This document shows, in pieces, positions 24,509-37,280 of a DNA stretch of 64,000 bases. Source of the stretch: Prorocentrum cordatum (taxonomy: Eukaryota); assembly GCA_963575745.1 (NCBI GenBank), contig CAUYUJ010000130.1, forward strand, positions 1 through 64,000, written 5' to 3'. The position numbers were made by a program, and so were the translations under genes. The notes under the pieces were generated by a model that saw only the letters and a program-made list of their open reading frames with translations, was not told where the DNA came from and searched no databases. Each line of letters begins with the position of its first letter. Positions within the stretch are counted from its first letter, which is position 1.

Positions 24509-25560
24509 GCTCCGCGGCCCCCTCGCCGCAGTCGCCAGCGCGCTTGCCGCACCTCCTGCGCCGCACCGCTCGCTGCCGCCGCTGCCGCCGGGCCCCCTCG
24601 CGCGCAGGACAGGCCGTCGCTCTGGGCCCCGCTGCGGGGCGCCTTCCTCGATAGTCATGCACTGGCGCCTCCGGCGCCAGGGGGTCCTCCTCCTCCTCCT
24701 CCTCCTCCTCCTCCTGCCCCTCCCCTCCACCCTCCTCATCCTACGTCCTCCGTCCGCACTCCTCACTCCTCCTCCTCCTCTCCTCATCTTTTTGTTCCAC
24801 AAAATACACAATGTGAAAATACTCTCCCACTTCCCCTGATGGCGTCCCGAAGATATCCGACCCCCCCCGCGTACTGTTTTTTTACACACAGGATTCCCGG
24901 GAAACGGGTTTTCGCCTGCGTTTTTTTTCAAAATGCTGCTCTCGCTGAGGCGCCGGCCTCATTTCTGCTCCCGAATCGTTCCGAATCGTGCTCCCGCTGC
25001 AGCGTGGGCATCATTTTCGGATCGGTGTTTGGCCTCCGTCGTTCAGGATGGCGTTCTCGCCCCAGCGCGGGCCTCTTTCTCGCGCGCCCATCCGCCCGCC
25101 ACCACTGCGCCGCACCACCACACCACCACCAACCACCATCACCACCACCAACACCACCACACCACCACCACCACCACAACCACCACCAGCACGCCACCAC
25201 CACCACCACCACCGCACACCACCACAACCACCCACCACCACACACCACCACCCACACCCAAACACGCACACACGCCCGCAGCACGCACGGCGCACCCACC
25301 ACCCACTACGCACGGCGGCGCGCGGAGCCACAGGTCCGCTTACGACACGCGTCCGCGGATAGAGAAAATCAGGGCGCCATGGTAAGGGAGGGGAGGGAGG
25401 TGTAAGGACGTCAGTATGACGCGAGGCGCACCTAGGATTGTCACTCTGCACTACTCACCACAGAGATTGAACTCCATACTCCCGCCCCGGGAAAAAAAGA
25501 GCGGAAAAAACCCGGCTGCCGCCCTACTAGCACAAAACGCTCACCGACCCTCTAGCTCGA

Positions 25561-25750
25561 AGAAGAAAAACCACATAAGCACAAACTCTTGGCGCTCCGC
25601 GCGAATGTCTTGGATCCGCGCCTGGGCCCCCCGGCGGCGCCTCCGGCGCCGCCCCTGGCGCGCTCCGCGTGCCAGAGAAGAGGGTCCATCGCGGATCCTT
25701 GAAATCCGCGCGGAGCGCCAAAAGTTTATGTTCACGTGTTTTTTGTTCGT
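25561..25750. mobile_element. Fold-back MITE family B; shorter relative at 36726-36818
   Basis: Long imperfect inverted repeats (aaactcttggcgctccgcgcg...cgcgcggagcgccaaaagttt). The second copy has aacttttggcg...cgccaaaagtt and a related core. Confidence 0.65.
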
Positions 25751-26069
25751 TCTATTCGTCCGACCCGATCCCTGCTGTCGGCGCCACCCCAACACACTTA
25801 TACCACATGTGCGTCGCCCCCTCAGGGGCGACGCGCGCACCGAGAAAGCTTATGGTATATGCGTCGTGGCGGGCGCTTTCTGCCCACACCGCTCGGGAAA
25901 CGATATACGACAAGATGGGTATACTAGATGTTCGGGTCGGACGCGCGCCTCCAAGGAGGACATATAGTATTACAGTGCCGTTTTTAATACATGCTCCGAG
26001 TGCGGATCATGTATTAAACATGCAGGGAATTAGTATTAAAAGCAACGGTGACTTCACGCATACATTTTT

Positions 26070-27834
26070 TACCTAACAGCGAAGACTGATAGGTTTATAA
26101 TGGAGTCAAAAGAGAGCATCTGATGACTCCCCAGGGGGGTTCTGGGCGGGAGCCGGACAGGCGAGGACCGGGCTCGTTTTAAGCAAACAGTCACACACTT
26201 CGTGCTCTTCGAGTTCCCAGAACTCCATTCCCGGGCCACATTTTGAATGCCCGGAGCCAACTGTAGGCCACTTCGTGCTCTTCGACTTCCCAGAACTCCA
26301 TTCCTGGGCCACATTTTGGATGCCCGGAGCCAACTGTAAGCCACTTCGTGCTCTTCGAGTTCCCAGAACTCCATTCCCGGGCCACATTTTCGATGCCCGG
26401 GGCCAACTGTAGGCCACTTCGCGGTCTTCGAGTTCCCAAAACTACATTCCCGGGCCACATCCTCAATGCCCGGAGCCAACTGTAGGCTACTTCGTGGTCT
26501 TCGAGTTCCCAGAACTCCATTCCTGGGCCTTATTTTGAATGCCCGGAGCCAACTGTAGGCCACTTCGTGCTCTTCGAGTTCCCAAAATTCCATTCCTGGG
26601 CATGACTTTGAATGCCCGGAGCCAACTGTAGGCCACTCCGTGGTCTTCGAGTTCCCAGAACTACATTCCTGGGCATGATTTTGAATGCCCGGAGCCAACT
26701 GCAGTCCACTTCGTGTTCTTCGAGTTCCCAGAACTCCATTCCCGGGCCACATTTTGAATGCTGAGGCAGGCTGAGGCTGAGGCTGAGGCAGGCTGAGGCT
26801 GAGGCAGGCTGAGGCTGAGGCCGAGGCGGAAGGCAGACTGTGGCTCAGGCTGAAGCAGGCTGAGGCTGAGGCTGAGGCTGAAGCAGGCTGATGCTGAGGC
26901 AGGCTGAGGCTGATGCTCAGGCTGATGCATGCTGAGGCTGAGGCAGGCTGAGGCTGAGGCCGAGGCTGAAGGCAGACTGAGGCCGAGGCTGAAGCAGGCT
27001 GAGGCTGAGGCTGAGGCTGGCTGAGGCTGAGGCTGAGGCAGGCTGATGCTGAGGCAGGCTGAGGCTGAGGCTCAGGCTGATGCAGGCTGAGGCTGAGGCA
27101 GGCTGAGGCTGAGGCCGAGGCTGAAGGCAGACTGAGGCTGAGGCTGAAGCAGGCTGAGGCTGAGGCTGAGGCAGGCTGAGGCTGAGGCGGAGGCAGGCTG
27201 ATGCTGAGGCAGGCTGAGGCTGAGGCTGAGGCTGATGCAGGCTGAGGCTGAGGCAGGCTGAGGCTGAGGCTGAGGCTGAAGGCAGACTGAGGCTGAGGCT
27301 GAGGCTGAAGCAGGCTGAGGCTGAGGCTGAGGCAGGGTGAGGCTGAGGCTGAGGCAGGCTGATGCTGAGGCAGGCTGAGGCTGAGGCTGAGGCTGATGCA
27401 GGCTGAGGCTGAGGCAGGCTGAGGCTGAGGCAGAGGCTGAAGGCAGACTGAGGCTGAGGCTGAAGCAGGCTGAGGCTGAGGCTGAGGCAGGCTGAGGTGA
27501 GGCAGGCTGATGCTGAGGCAGGCTGAGGCTGAGGCTGAGGCTGATGCAGGCTGAGGCTGAGGCAGGCTGAGGCTGAGGCCGAGGCTGAAGGCAGACTGAG
27601 GCTGAGGCTGAAGCAGGCTGAGGCTGAGGCTGAGGCAGGCTGAGGCTGAGGCTGAGGCAGGCTGAGACTGAGGCTGTGACTGCGACTGCCGTTGCCACTG
27701 CGACTTTCATCGCGAATGCGACTGCGATTGCGAGAACAGCAGAATTCTACAACTGGATTCTCATGTGAATCTTAAGGGGAATGCTTCCAGACATGCTCCT
27801 ACACATCGCTGTTAGGTTGCTTTGCTGGGATAAT
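26070..27834. mobile_element. Helentron/HINE-like non-autonomous element, copy A
   Basis: Head TACCTAACAGCG, then 73-bp tandem repeats, a (GCTGAG)n array, and a conserved tail ending CGCTGTTAGGTTGCTTTGCYGGGATAAT (asymmetric subterminal inverted repeat). Confidence 0.65.
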
Positions 27835-27867
27835 TTTCAAACATCAATCATAAACTATATGGGATTT

Positions 27868-28832
27868 TACCTAACAGCGAAGACTGATAGGTTTCTAATG
27901 GGGTCAAAAGAGAGCATATGATGACTCCCCAGGGGGGTCTGGGCGGGAGCCGGACAGGCGAGGGCCGGGCTCGTTTTAAGCAAACAGTCACACACACTTC
28001 GTGATCTTCGACCTCCCAGAACTCCACTCCCGGGCCACATTTTGGATGCCCGGAGCCAGCTGTGGGACACTTCGTGCTCTTCGACTTCCCAGAACTCCAT
28101 TCCTGGGCCACATTTTGGATGCCCGGAGCCAACTGTCTTCGACTTCCCAGAACTCCATTAGCCACATTTTGGATACCCGGAGCCAACTGTAGGCCATTTC
28201 GTGCTCTTGGACTTCCCAGAACACCATTCCCGGGCCACATTTTGAATGACCGGAGCCAACTGTAGGCCACTTCGTGCTCTTCCACTTCCCAGAACTCCAC
28301 TCCCAGGCCACATTTTGAATGCTCGGAGCCAACTGTACGCCACTTCGTGCTCTTCCACTTCCTAGACTTCCAAGACTCATCATCTTCATCATCATCATCA
28401 TCATCGTCGCCGTAGCCTTCTTGGCTACAGCCCTGCTTTCGAAGATTTCCTTTCAAAGGAACTGCGCAGCGCCTACTCGTTCATCGCTCCTACTCGTCAC
28501 TCCTCCCATCACTCCTACTCGTTCACTCCACACACTACAACTACTACTTCACTGTTACCACCACTACCATCACTACTACTTCTACTGCTACTACTATTGT
28601 TACTATTACTGCTGCTGCTGCTGTTGCTGCTGCTAGTGTAGCTATTGCTACTGCAACTACTGGCAGTGCCACTGCGACTGCCGCTGATGTTGCCACTGCG
28701 ACTGCCACTGCGAATCCGAATGCGACTAAGAGAACACCAGAATTTTACAACAGCACTCTTACATTAATACCGCAGGCAATGTTTCCAGCTATGCTTCTAC
28801 ACATCGCTGTTAGGTTGCTTTGCCGGGATAAT
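27868..28832. mobile_element. Helentron/HINE-like element, copy B (internal (CAT)n/(CTA)n/(CTG)n instead of GCTGAG)
   Basis: Same head, 73-bp repeats and tail as copy A. Confidence 0.6.
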
Positions 28833-29442
28833 TTTTCAAAAATCATTCATGTATTTTAAATCCCATATAGTTTAAAATCCCATGTGCAAGAAAAACTGCC
28901 TTGAAATATGTCCCTGTGCGTCCCATGCTGGGCGCGGCCTCGTGGCCGCGCGCTGGCCCGCACACGGCCAGCGCCCTCCTCCGGACGGACTCGGCGTCGG
29001 CCTGCGGTCCCTGTCGTCGTCCCCCCCCTCGCCCCCGTTCTTTCTCCCCCACCGCAAGGTCACCCTGTCGCTGTTACTGCTACACGTTGTTCCTTCCTCA
29101 TTATTCGAAAGTGCTATGATTTTTTGGGGGGCCAAGATCCTTTCATCTCTACCTGTTCTGTCCCGGGCCTCTTCTTGGCCACCAGGGGGCCAGGAACCAT
29201 GAGAAACGAGCACAATGAGAAGTGAGCACGCTTAGAAATGAACGACGTGTGCTCCCCCCATCAAGCGCGAGGCGCCTCTGACACCACTGTGCTGGCTCGG
29301 GGCACGCCTGCCCACCGGACACCACTGCCTCCCCCTCCTCCTCCTCCTCCTCCTCCTCCTCCTCCTGTTGAACCACTTGAACGCCGCATAGGACTCCCGC
29401 GCAGTCGCAAGAGGCCTAGCCAAAATACGACAAGAGAAGACC

Positions 29443-32400
29443 TTACCTCCCTTGGGGCACCTGGACGCTTCGTCCGAACACCGCACGGGAGCTGGGGTCC
29501 TTGCCTGCAATCAGCATGGCCAAGGACTTCTCAGCGGCCGAATTACGCGGGCGCTCGTGACACGGGACTTTCAGGTACCGACTGCGAGCAACCCCGAACG
29601 CAGCGCATTTCCGACACCACACCACAGTCCCAGACGGCCCCGAGTCCATCCAAAGAACGTGGGAATGGTGCGCAGACGCGGCGATGGCAGGGATGCCACG
29701 GCACGGGAAGACGGCGAGGGCTCCTCTGGACCTCGCCTTCGTCCCGCACTCCGCACAAACAAAACTCCTACCCGCTCTACAGATCGTGTGTCCGTTGGGG
29801 TCCGCAACTGCTTGGAGCTGTGGGGCGTCTCTGGCGAGCCTCGTGGACTTGGGGGCACGATACCTCTCCACATCCTTGAGCCCAAGCCTAGAGACCTCAC
29901 CCAACATCAGCCCGAGAAAACGACCAACCTGCATTATACCAGGGGCGACCGTCTTGTACCAGCTCCTCGCAGCCTCGGGCTGAGCCTGGAGCTGGGATCG
30001 TTCACGCGCCAAGCGGTCGGCCTCACGATTGCCCCGCCAGGCGTAGAAGGGATAGTTCCTAGCAACAGCATGATCATACGAAAGGTGAGACTTGATCTTG
30101 CACATCTGGATATTGCCCCATCCTATATCGCGAGCTTTGGCCAAGACCTCAACCCAGACCTCACCAAACGCAAACCTCGAGACGTCCTGGTCTGGGCCAA
30201 AGCTCCACACATCAAGCAACACTTTGCAATCTGTCCAGATCTCTAAAGGGCCAGCCTCTGCTAGCTTCAGAGCCATAAAGAGAGCCCACAACTCCCCGCC
30301 GAGGTTGGTCTGCAGCGGGTGCGGGAGGGGGCCGTACAGGCTCCCCAGAACCGTGCCTTGCCGATCGACCGAGACTGCCGCCCAGCCTGCGCGAGAACAC
30401 CACGGCAGGCCTGGGTCAATCGCTGAGCCATCCAAGCAGATGATTCCTTCCAGAAAACCATGCCTTGGGAAAACATGCCACTGCCACCCCTGCTGTACTA
30501 TCGGGCTTGGTGTGTAACTAATTGGCGACGCCATCAGACCTCTAGTGTAAAGCAGGCGCCATCTCGGGTCCGTGGCTGTGGACCCCGCATGAACGAGACG
30601 CTGAAACCCTAGGGTCGGACGGTGCCCGTGGAAAGCAGGGCAGACATAGCATCGATGCTTCTTACAGCCCCAAGGATGCCCACAAACCTAGCGCTCAGCG
30701 GAGGCAGAGCGCCTATCCAGGAAAAGGTCAACCTGGGCAGCCATGCCCCCCGACGCCACAGCGGCGAGGAGAGAGGCTTCAAGGCCTTCACCTGAGGCGC
30801 GGAAATCTTGGCACACCTCTTGCAAAGGCTCTAAGCAAGGGCGAAAGGGAGCATCGCTTCCTACTGCCTCATCACTAATGGTCAGGTCGCGAAGGAGCAT
30901 GTCCTTCGTGCCAGCGTCCACAATCGTTTTTACCGTCCGACTCCCGTATGCTTGTAGATCCAGACAGAGACCAGTGTCCGTTTCCCAGCAGTCCCATCTC
31001 CTAGGTTGCCACCCAAGACGTCTCAAGGTCATCAACATGGCCCCCGCAGGGCTTGTGACTTGCTGCCAACCTAGTACCGTCTGACAAAGTCCTTTGAACA
31101 CAACTTTCATCTCATCGTGCGGAGCCCAGCCCAGATGTACAGCATTAGCCCAAGACATCATGGGGGCGGAGTTCGCAACGTACGCTGGGTCGGCCAGCGG
31201 CGTCGGCGACAGCATGCAACCAATCGTGCGACTCCTGCCATTGGCCTGCCCGAACACCGCCTCGCCCGCCACCGAGCGCAGCTGCTGGAGGGACCTGTCC
31301 GACACTCCAGTGACCGAGGCCCCGTAGAGTCCTGCTGGGTTGGCACCTGCGCGCGCGATCCTGGTCAACTTCTTGAAGGGCGATCTCAACCCTCGGAAGC
31401 GGTGGGCCCTTCGCTTGAGCTTGGCCACTCGGGCCTTCTGCACGAGGTTCCTTCGGGCCTCTCCCATGGTGAAATCCACTCCAAGATTTCTCACCACCGA
31501 GGCTCCAGTGAACCCCCACCTGGCCAGGGCTCTCTCGGAACTCTGGACCGCATCTTGGTGAGTCGACGCGATTTTGCCCTTAGCCCTGGCCAGAACAAGG
31601 TCCAATTCCTCCAGCTTCCTGCAGGTGATTCCGACGACGATAGGCAACCTGTCGCGCACAAACTTCCTGCTACCGCGAACACGAACCGTGATGTCATCAA
31701 CCGCGTTGTACACTCGTGCAAAGGGAAATTTGGCCATCACGCAGTCCAACATGCGGATCAACAACACGTTCAGAAGCGTCGTGGCGAAAGTACACCCTGC
31801 AACAATCGTTTGCTCTGTCATTACTTGTGCAGATGCAACCTGGCCAACCGCGAGAAGACGAGGGCAGCGGTGTACACACAGCAACAAGCGTAGGATGTCT
31901 AACGGGAAATTCGTCATCTGGGCCGCATCGATCAAATGTCCATGCAACGCTCTCTCGTACGCCTTGGACAAGTCGAGGAGGCCCGTACCTGCACAAGTGT
32001 TCGTAACCCGAGCATGCTCTGCAGTAAAGGCCTGCTCCCAGACCCCACGTTCACAAGGCATGCCTGTGCTTCCGTACAAGAGGTCACGCTTATTCTTCTT
32101 CTCCCATTCGGGAGCTACAGATCTGGCACAGCGCCCCCGTACTCGCACAACGGTGGAAAGGAGACCAATGGGCCGAAATCCGCCCTCCGGCTTCTCGAGC
32201 ATTGCAATCATAATCAAGGAAGCCTGAGACGGGAGTCTGCCCGTGTCAAGCATCCAGTGCCACAGTAAGCCCAGGACTGTGAGGCAGTGGTCAGACAAAT
32301 ACACGAGGTCACGAGGGCTCAACCTGTCTGCCCCGACAGCCGTCCGCTCCTTGAAGGTCCTTGCCACCTTGCGGATGGTGTGGCAGTCAAATGGCGGGAT

Positions 32401-33960
32401 GCTGGCGGCCTCCTGCGGATCGATGCCTTCCCTCTCCAGCATGAGGGACAGGCACTTGAGTGGGTCGAGCTTCTCTTCGGCGGAATCCTCGACCGCGTCC
32501 TCCACGGGCGCCGTTGCTCCCCAGATCTCACTCCACTCTTGCTGCAACGTCTCGACTTGCTCACCGGGCCCCATAGGAGCCCCGTCGGGTCCTGGCTCGG
32601 GTGATTTCGTGAATCGGTGGGCTGTTCCCGCTCCGTGCTCACACGCTTCTGCAGCCCACCTCCTCCAAGCTGTGCAGCGGGCCCTCGCAAAGGCCTGCTC
32701 CAGCAAGGAGGCGAAGTAGGCTGCCTCTCTTGAATACTCATCCAGCTGCCCATCTGTCAGAGCCAGAATGCCTTCGAACGACGGGCGCCAACGTCTCCAG
32801 AAGTCAACCTCTTCGCCAGGCGGCCGACTGCCCAAGATCTTAGAAATCAATTGCATGCAATGCTGTGGGAAAAGGCATTCCGCCCGACGAGCAATGCAAG
32901 CCAGCTCCTGAAATCTAATCGAGACCTTCCTCCACCCACGAGCCGTAGCACAAGATAGAGCATGCGGGCCTCCTGAAGTCTGCAGCTCCTGCACCCTGCG
33001 CAACTTCCAGCCTTGCCCCCGACCGCGATACTTCCTCTCGTCTGGGCCCTGGATCCCATGGACCGAAATGAGTTCTGTCTCCACGAGATCATAGAACATC
33101 TGGCAAACTCGATCCAATGCTTCCTGCCCACAGCGCTCGCTCGAATGTGACGCGTCCTCTCCCCAGTGAAGAATAGCCTCCTCAATGGGCCCCCAGTCAG
33201 GCGGGGCAGGCAAGGGCAACTGCGGAGCCTGAGTTGGGAACCTCCTGGGACCTGACAGCGCCATATACTCAGTGCGTACAAGTTGTGGTCGCAACCGCAA
33301 GGCAACTGGGTAATGAGGTGTAAGACATGAGCCCTGCACTAGTTCAACTCGTTCGATTGATGGGGCTAGACCAGACGAGACCATGAAAAAGTCAAGCTCC
33401 CTCCAAACATGTCCTTTCCTGCGCGTGGCTACCCCGCATGCTGCAATATGTCCTCCCACTTTGCTAACCCAGCCAAACGTTCTGAGCTGCGATGGTGGGC
33501 AATTCCAGTCTCCGCCAACCACAAACGGTAGACGCAAAGAGCGAAGCACTTCTCCCAATCGAAACAAGACCTGCGAACCGACATCTCCCAGGGGGTCCCC
33601 TGTAGGCAAGTGCAGCGAGACAGCGAGGACCCCCCCTGGGATGATACTGTTAACCCATGCCATCGTGATCCTCGGGGCCGAAGGCAAGGGCTTCCCTTTC
33701 CACGGAGCGGCAGACATCCCAACATGAACTGGAACAGCAATGCCTACTCCTGATGATAACCCCCCCGCCTCAGTGATTCGGCAAGGACTAAACATGGCTG
33801 ACCACGACCAGCTCTTAACCTTAGCCTCCTTCTCATCCTTGGCGGAGGGGTGCACTCCCACTTCCTGCAACAAAACAACGGCCGCGCCTGCAGCCTCCTT
33901 CTCCAAGAACTTCTGACAGTTACACCAATCTGAAGCGTTGGCCGTCAGGACCGTGTACAC
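29443..33960 (-). pseudogene. LINE-B ORF2 (EN-RT-CCHC-RNaseH-Cys fingers) with one in-frame TAG at 30690-30688
   Basis: EN: LTANAS, LLQEV, GGDWN, LDFF, TPH. RT: FRPIGLL, LDLSKAYE, VAGC, AVDD. Reading through the TAG gives VCGHPWGCKKHRCYVC, in frame with RNase H (LDGS, GGEL, WTDC, KIKSH, GNREAD). Confidence 0.9.
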
Positions 33961-34120
33961 ATCGGGCCGAGCCAGCCCGTCCCTGCTACCCTCGCATTCC
34001 TGCGTTCTGAGCCGCCTGCACGGTTGTGGGCGCCAAACCTCCGCTGCTGCCTCCTCCTCCTGCAGTCGCTGCTCCACCTCCCTTTCTGCCCTTGGCCCCC
34101 CCCCCTTGCTGGCAGCAGCC

Positions 34121-35190
34121 TTAGCTGCCGCGTGCAGTTCCTCTGTGGACTTGGGGGGCCCAGGGCTCGAATCGGAAGAAGGTGTTGCCTGCTGCTGCCG
34201 GCTGAGGTGCTGCTGCTGCTGCTGCTGCTGCTGCGGCTGCTGAGGCCGACTGAGCTGGCTGCTGACGCTGCTGCTGCTGCTGCTGACCCACGGAGCCCCC
34301 AGTAGCATCGCCATCGTCACCGCCAGCTGTAAGCCCCTCCTCAGTGCGACGCTTCTTTGCTGCAAGCCTCGCTTTGAGTTCTTTTTGCTGGTTAATGGCA
34401 TCCTTGGCCTGCTCCCGAAAGGGCCCAAAAGCCTGCAGCGCTGCCTCCTTAAAGATCTTAGCCAGGTGCTCCTTCCTCTTCTTCGCCTCCTCCACCTCCT
34501 CAGCCGATGGCTCCCATCCCGCCTCCTCCAGCCCAAAAAGGCCGCCGTCATCCAACTGAACGCCTTCAAGACACCCGTCCATGAGAGACTCCAGGGATAG
34601 TACTGGCTTGGCTGGCTGAGGGGGCTGCTGGGGCTCCTGGGGCTGCTGGACTGTGGAGGCGAGCTCCCTGACAGCTGTGGCGTACTGCTCTTTGGCCCTC
34701 TCGAGGGCCACAAAGGCGTCGGCACTGTCCTTCTTCGCTTGCTCCAATGATTCCTGCAGATTCGTGGCTCTGTTGACTGCTCGATCCAAAGCGGCCTGGC
34801 ACCTCTCCATCGCCTGCTTCGCGGGCCCCCACTGCAGCTTCGGCGGCTGCTCGAGGGCACGAAGCTTCTCACGATGCTTGCTGGCAGCCTCGAAGTCTGA
34901 ATTGGCCTCGAGAAACTGGATGACCGAGTTGAGTTCGCCGTTGGTACTCCCTGGAGTTCCTGACGAAAGATTGTTAGATGCCGACCAAGTCCCAGGAGCA
35001 GAAACAAGATCCCCAACACCAGGAAGAGCAGACTGACGTGCACCCCACACTCCCTTGGCCCCCGACCGGTTATCTTGATATTCCCCGACTCCTGTCCACT
35101 GGCGCCCGCAGTGCTTGCACCACGTCCACCAGTACTCGTTCGCTTTGCACCCGCACGCCCCACAACACCAATTCCCAGCCCGAGAACCAT
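34121..35190 (-). pseudogene. LINE-B ORF1 (RanBP2-like finger + coiled coil), probably frameshifted just after the AUG
   Basis: WCCGACGCKANEYWWTWCKHCG plus a coiled coil. The first AUG after the SL (35190) is out of frame with the finger. Confidence 0.7.
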
Positions 35191-35298
35191 GCGCTGGCAC
35201 AGCGCGCCCCCGCACGCCGACCGAAGGGTGAGGCCGTGGCCCCCCGCACAGCACACTTGGCTACTCGAGCCGAGGTTGGGAAGTTAAGGAGCAGGCCC

Positions 35299-35320
35299 CT
35301 TGAGCCAAAATGGCTACGGT
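35299..35320 (-). other. Exact dinoflagellate spliced leader (ACCGTAGCCATTTTGGCTCAAG)
   Basis: 22/22 match to the DinoSL consensus. Confidence 0.97.
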
Positions 35321-35985
35321 CCTCCTCCTCCTCCTCCTCCTCCTCCTCCTCCTCTCCTCCTCCTCCTCCCCCTCCTCCCTCCTCCTCCTCCTCCTCCTCC
35401 TCCTCCTCTCCTCCTCCTCCTCCTCCTCCTCCTCCTCCTCCTCCTCCCCCTCCTCCTCTCCTCCTCCTCCTTCTCCCCCCCTGGTGCACCCGCTCCTCGG
35501 GGGGCCACCCCCCCCGTGGGGCCAGGCCTCCCCCCTTGTGACCGCCCCCGGGGCCTGCCCCGTCGGCGCGGCCTCGTGGCCGCCGGCGCCGGGCCACGCG
35601 GCGCGCGCCCTCTCATCTCCTCCCTCCTCCTCCTCCTCCCTCCCCTCCGCTCTCCTCCCTCCCTCCTCCTCATCCTCCTCCTCTCCTCCTCCTCCTCCTC
35701 ATCCTTCTCCTCCTCTTCCTCCGCCCCCTCCTCCTCCTCCTCCTCCTCCTCCTCCTCCTCCGCCCGACTTCGCCCGGGCCCGAGCCCCTGGCCTCGGCCC
35801 CGGGCCCGAGCCCGAGTCACGGGTCGAGCCCGAGCCCGAGCCCGAGCCCGGGCCGACGTCCTGCCGTCGCCTCTCCCCTCCTCGTCGTCCTCCTCCTCCT
35901 CCTTCCTCCTCCTCCCCCTCCTCCTCCTCCTCCTCCTCCTCCTCCCCCTCCTCCTCCTCCTCCTCCTCCTCTTCCTCCTCCTCCG
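35321..35985. repeat. (CCT)n tracts with GC-rich and (CCCGAG)n interruptions
   Basis: Directly visible. Confidence 0.9.
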
Positions 35986-36870
35986 CGCCGTCGCTGCTCA
36001 AGCGGCCGGCCGCCCAGATATGATTGTGCTTCACTGTGAGGCGTACGATTCGCCATCGAGACCAAAGGGATCTTCCTCCCGGTCAAGATGGTACGCCCTC
36101 TAATGGTGGGACTATTGTTTACTACGGTGCAACAGAGCTGGGGCTGAGCTTGGGCGCCATCCTTCGGAGGAGGGGGGCGCAGACCCCCGACGCCGTGACC
36201 TTGTCACAGCGTCGGCCCCAGAGGTCTGGACCCGCACCCGGAGGCCGACAATACAAGCGAAAACCTCGCGGCGCGATTTTTTCAGTGCGCTTGATCTCTG
36301 GGGAGAGGGTCACTGCCGATGCGGCTGTCCGTCTTGGAGCGCCCTCGTCGCTCGAGGAGGGGAAGGCGGCACAGACACGAGCTGTACCCCTGCAGCTGCC
36401 CGTGCGTCGCTTTCTCGCCTCTCGGGGGGCCCCCCAGGAGAGCCCTTGTCGTCACGACTGGATTCTCGTCGAACGTCTGGCCAGAACATGCCCCAGGAGA
36501 TGTCCAGGAGGTAGCGATATCGGTAACTACCTTCTGGCTCACCCCATCCTGACCAGGCGATCGTCTCGGATGCACTACTGATGGTCCCGGGGCCCGAGCA
36601 GTGCTCCCAGAAACCCAAGCTGAGGAACAAGGCCGTGGCCGAACTTATTCGAGCCCCATGGCTCCCTTCTTCGCCTCGAACGCTGTCCCCCTGTCTCTCG
36701 AGGATGGAAAAGTGGCATGAACATGAACTTTTGGCGGAGCGCGCCAGGGGCGGCGCCGGAAGGGCCGCCAGGGGGTCCCAGCGCAGATCCAAGAAATCCG
36801 CACGGAGCGCCAAAAGTTTCTTTTTGTGGCGTTCTTTCTTTGTCTATTTACGTCTCGCTCAGTGAGTCAG

Positions 36871-36961
36871 GCAAGCTACCTTCCACAATTGCCTGAAGTG
36901 GCTGGAGGAGCTTCGCCAGAACGCGGAGCCGAGCCTCACTGTCATGCTAGTGGGCAACAAG
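36871..36961 (+). CDS. RAB11B: Rab11B-like GTPase exon C ([31 protein letters not shown])
   Basis: tcAG|G acceptor and AAG|GC donor. Encodes WLxELR...MLVGNK (start of the G4 NKxD motif). Its first G completes the AG|G Arg codon from exon B. Confidence 0.9.
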
Positions 36962-37038
36962 GCTGGGAGAAGGGATGGCTCGCTGGCATGGGGCGTGAGG
37001 GCGCGTCGACGAGGAAGATGGAGGGCAGAGGGGGGGTC

Positions 37039-37129
<91 letters not shown>

Positions 37130-37180
37130 ATAGTAGTTAGTAGTAGTAGTAGTAATAGTAGTAGTCGTAGTAGTAGTAGT
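37039..37180. repeat. (TAG)n microsatellite
   Basis: Directly visible; runs into the gap. Confidence 0.97.
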
Positions 37181-37280
37181 NNNNNNNNNNNNNNNNNNNN
37201 NNNNNNNNNNNNNNNNNNNNNNNNNNNNNNNNNNNNNNNNNNNNNNNNNNNNNNNNNNNNNNNNNNNNNNNNNNNNNNNN
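37181..37280. other. Assembly gap (100 N)
   Basis: Run of N; contiguity across it is not guaranteed. Confidence 1.

Larger units (their letters stand above)
29367..35320 (-). mobile_element. LINE-B: full-length EN-RT-RNaseH non-LTR retrotransposon capped by DinoSL, with disabling lesions
   Basis: Exact SL at the 5' end, ORF1 and ORF2, a ~75-nt 3'UTR, and (CCT)n on both flanks. Confidence 0.92.

Noticed and set aside
21180..25405. Poly-Pro/Leu/Ser/Glu/Arg ORFs, including the 607-aa ORF at 23582
   Set aside because: Products of (CCT)n/(AGG)n tracts. Only the 32-nt Rab exon inside this interval is credible.
26190..26760. CRISPR-like regular repeats and repetitive ORFs (MEFWELEEHEVAYSW)
   Set aside because: Contiguous 73-bp tandem units without unique spacers, no cas genes, and a eukaryotic context.
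33961..35256. N-terminal ~430 aa of the 1522-aa ORF as a real ORF2 extension
   Set aside because: Mostly the off-frame shadow of ORF1; the Zn finger and coiled coil are in the other frame.
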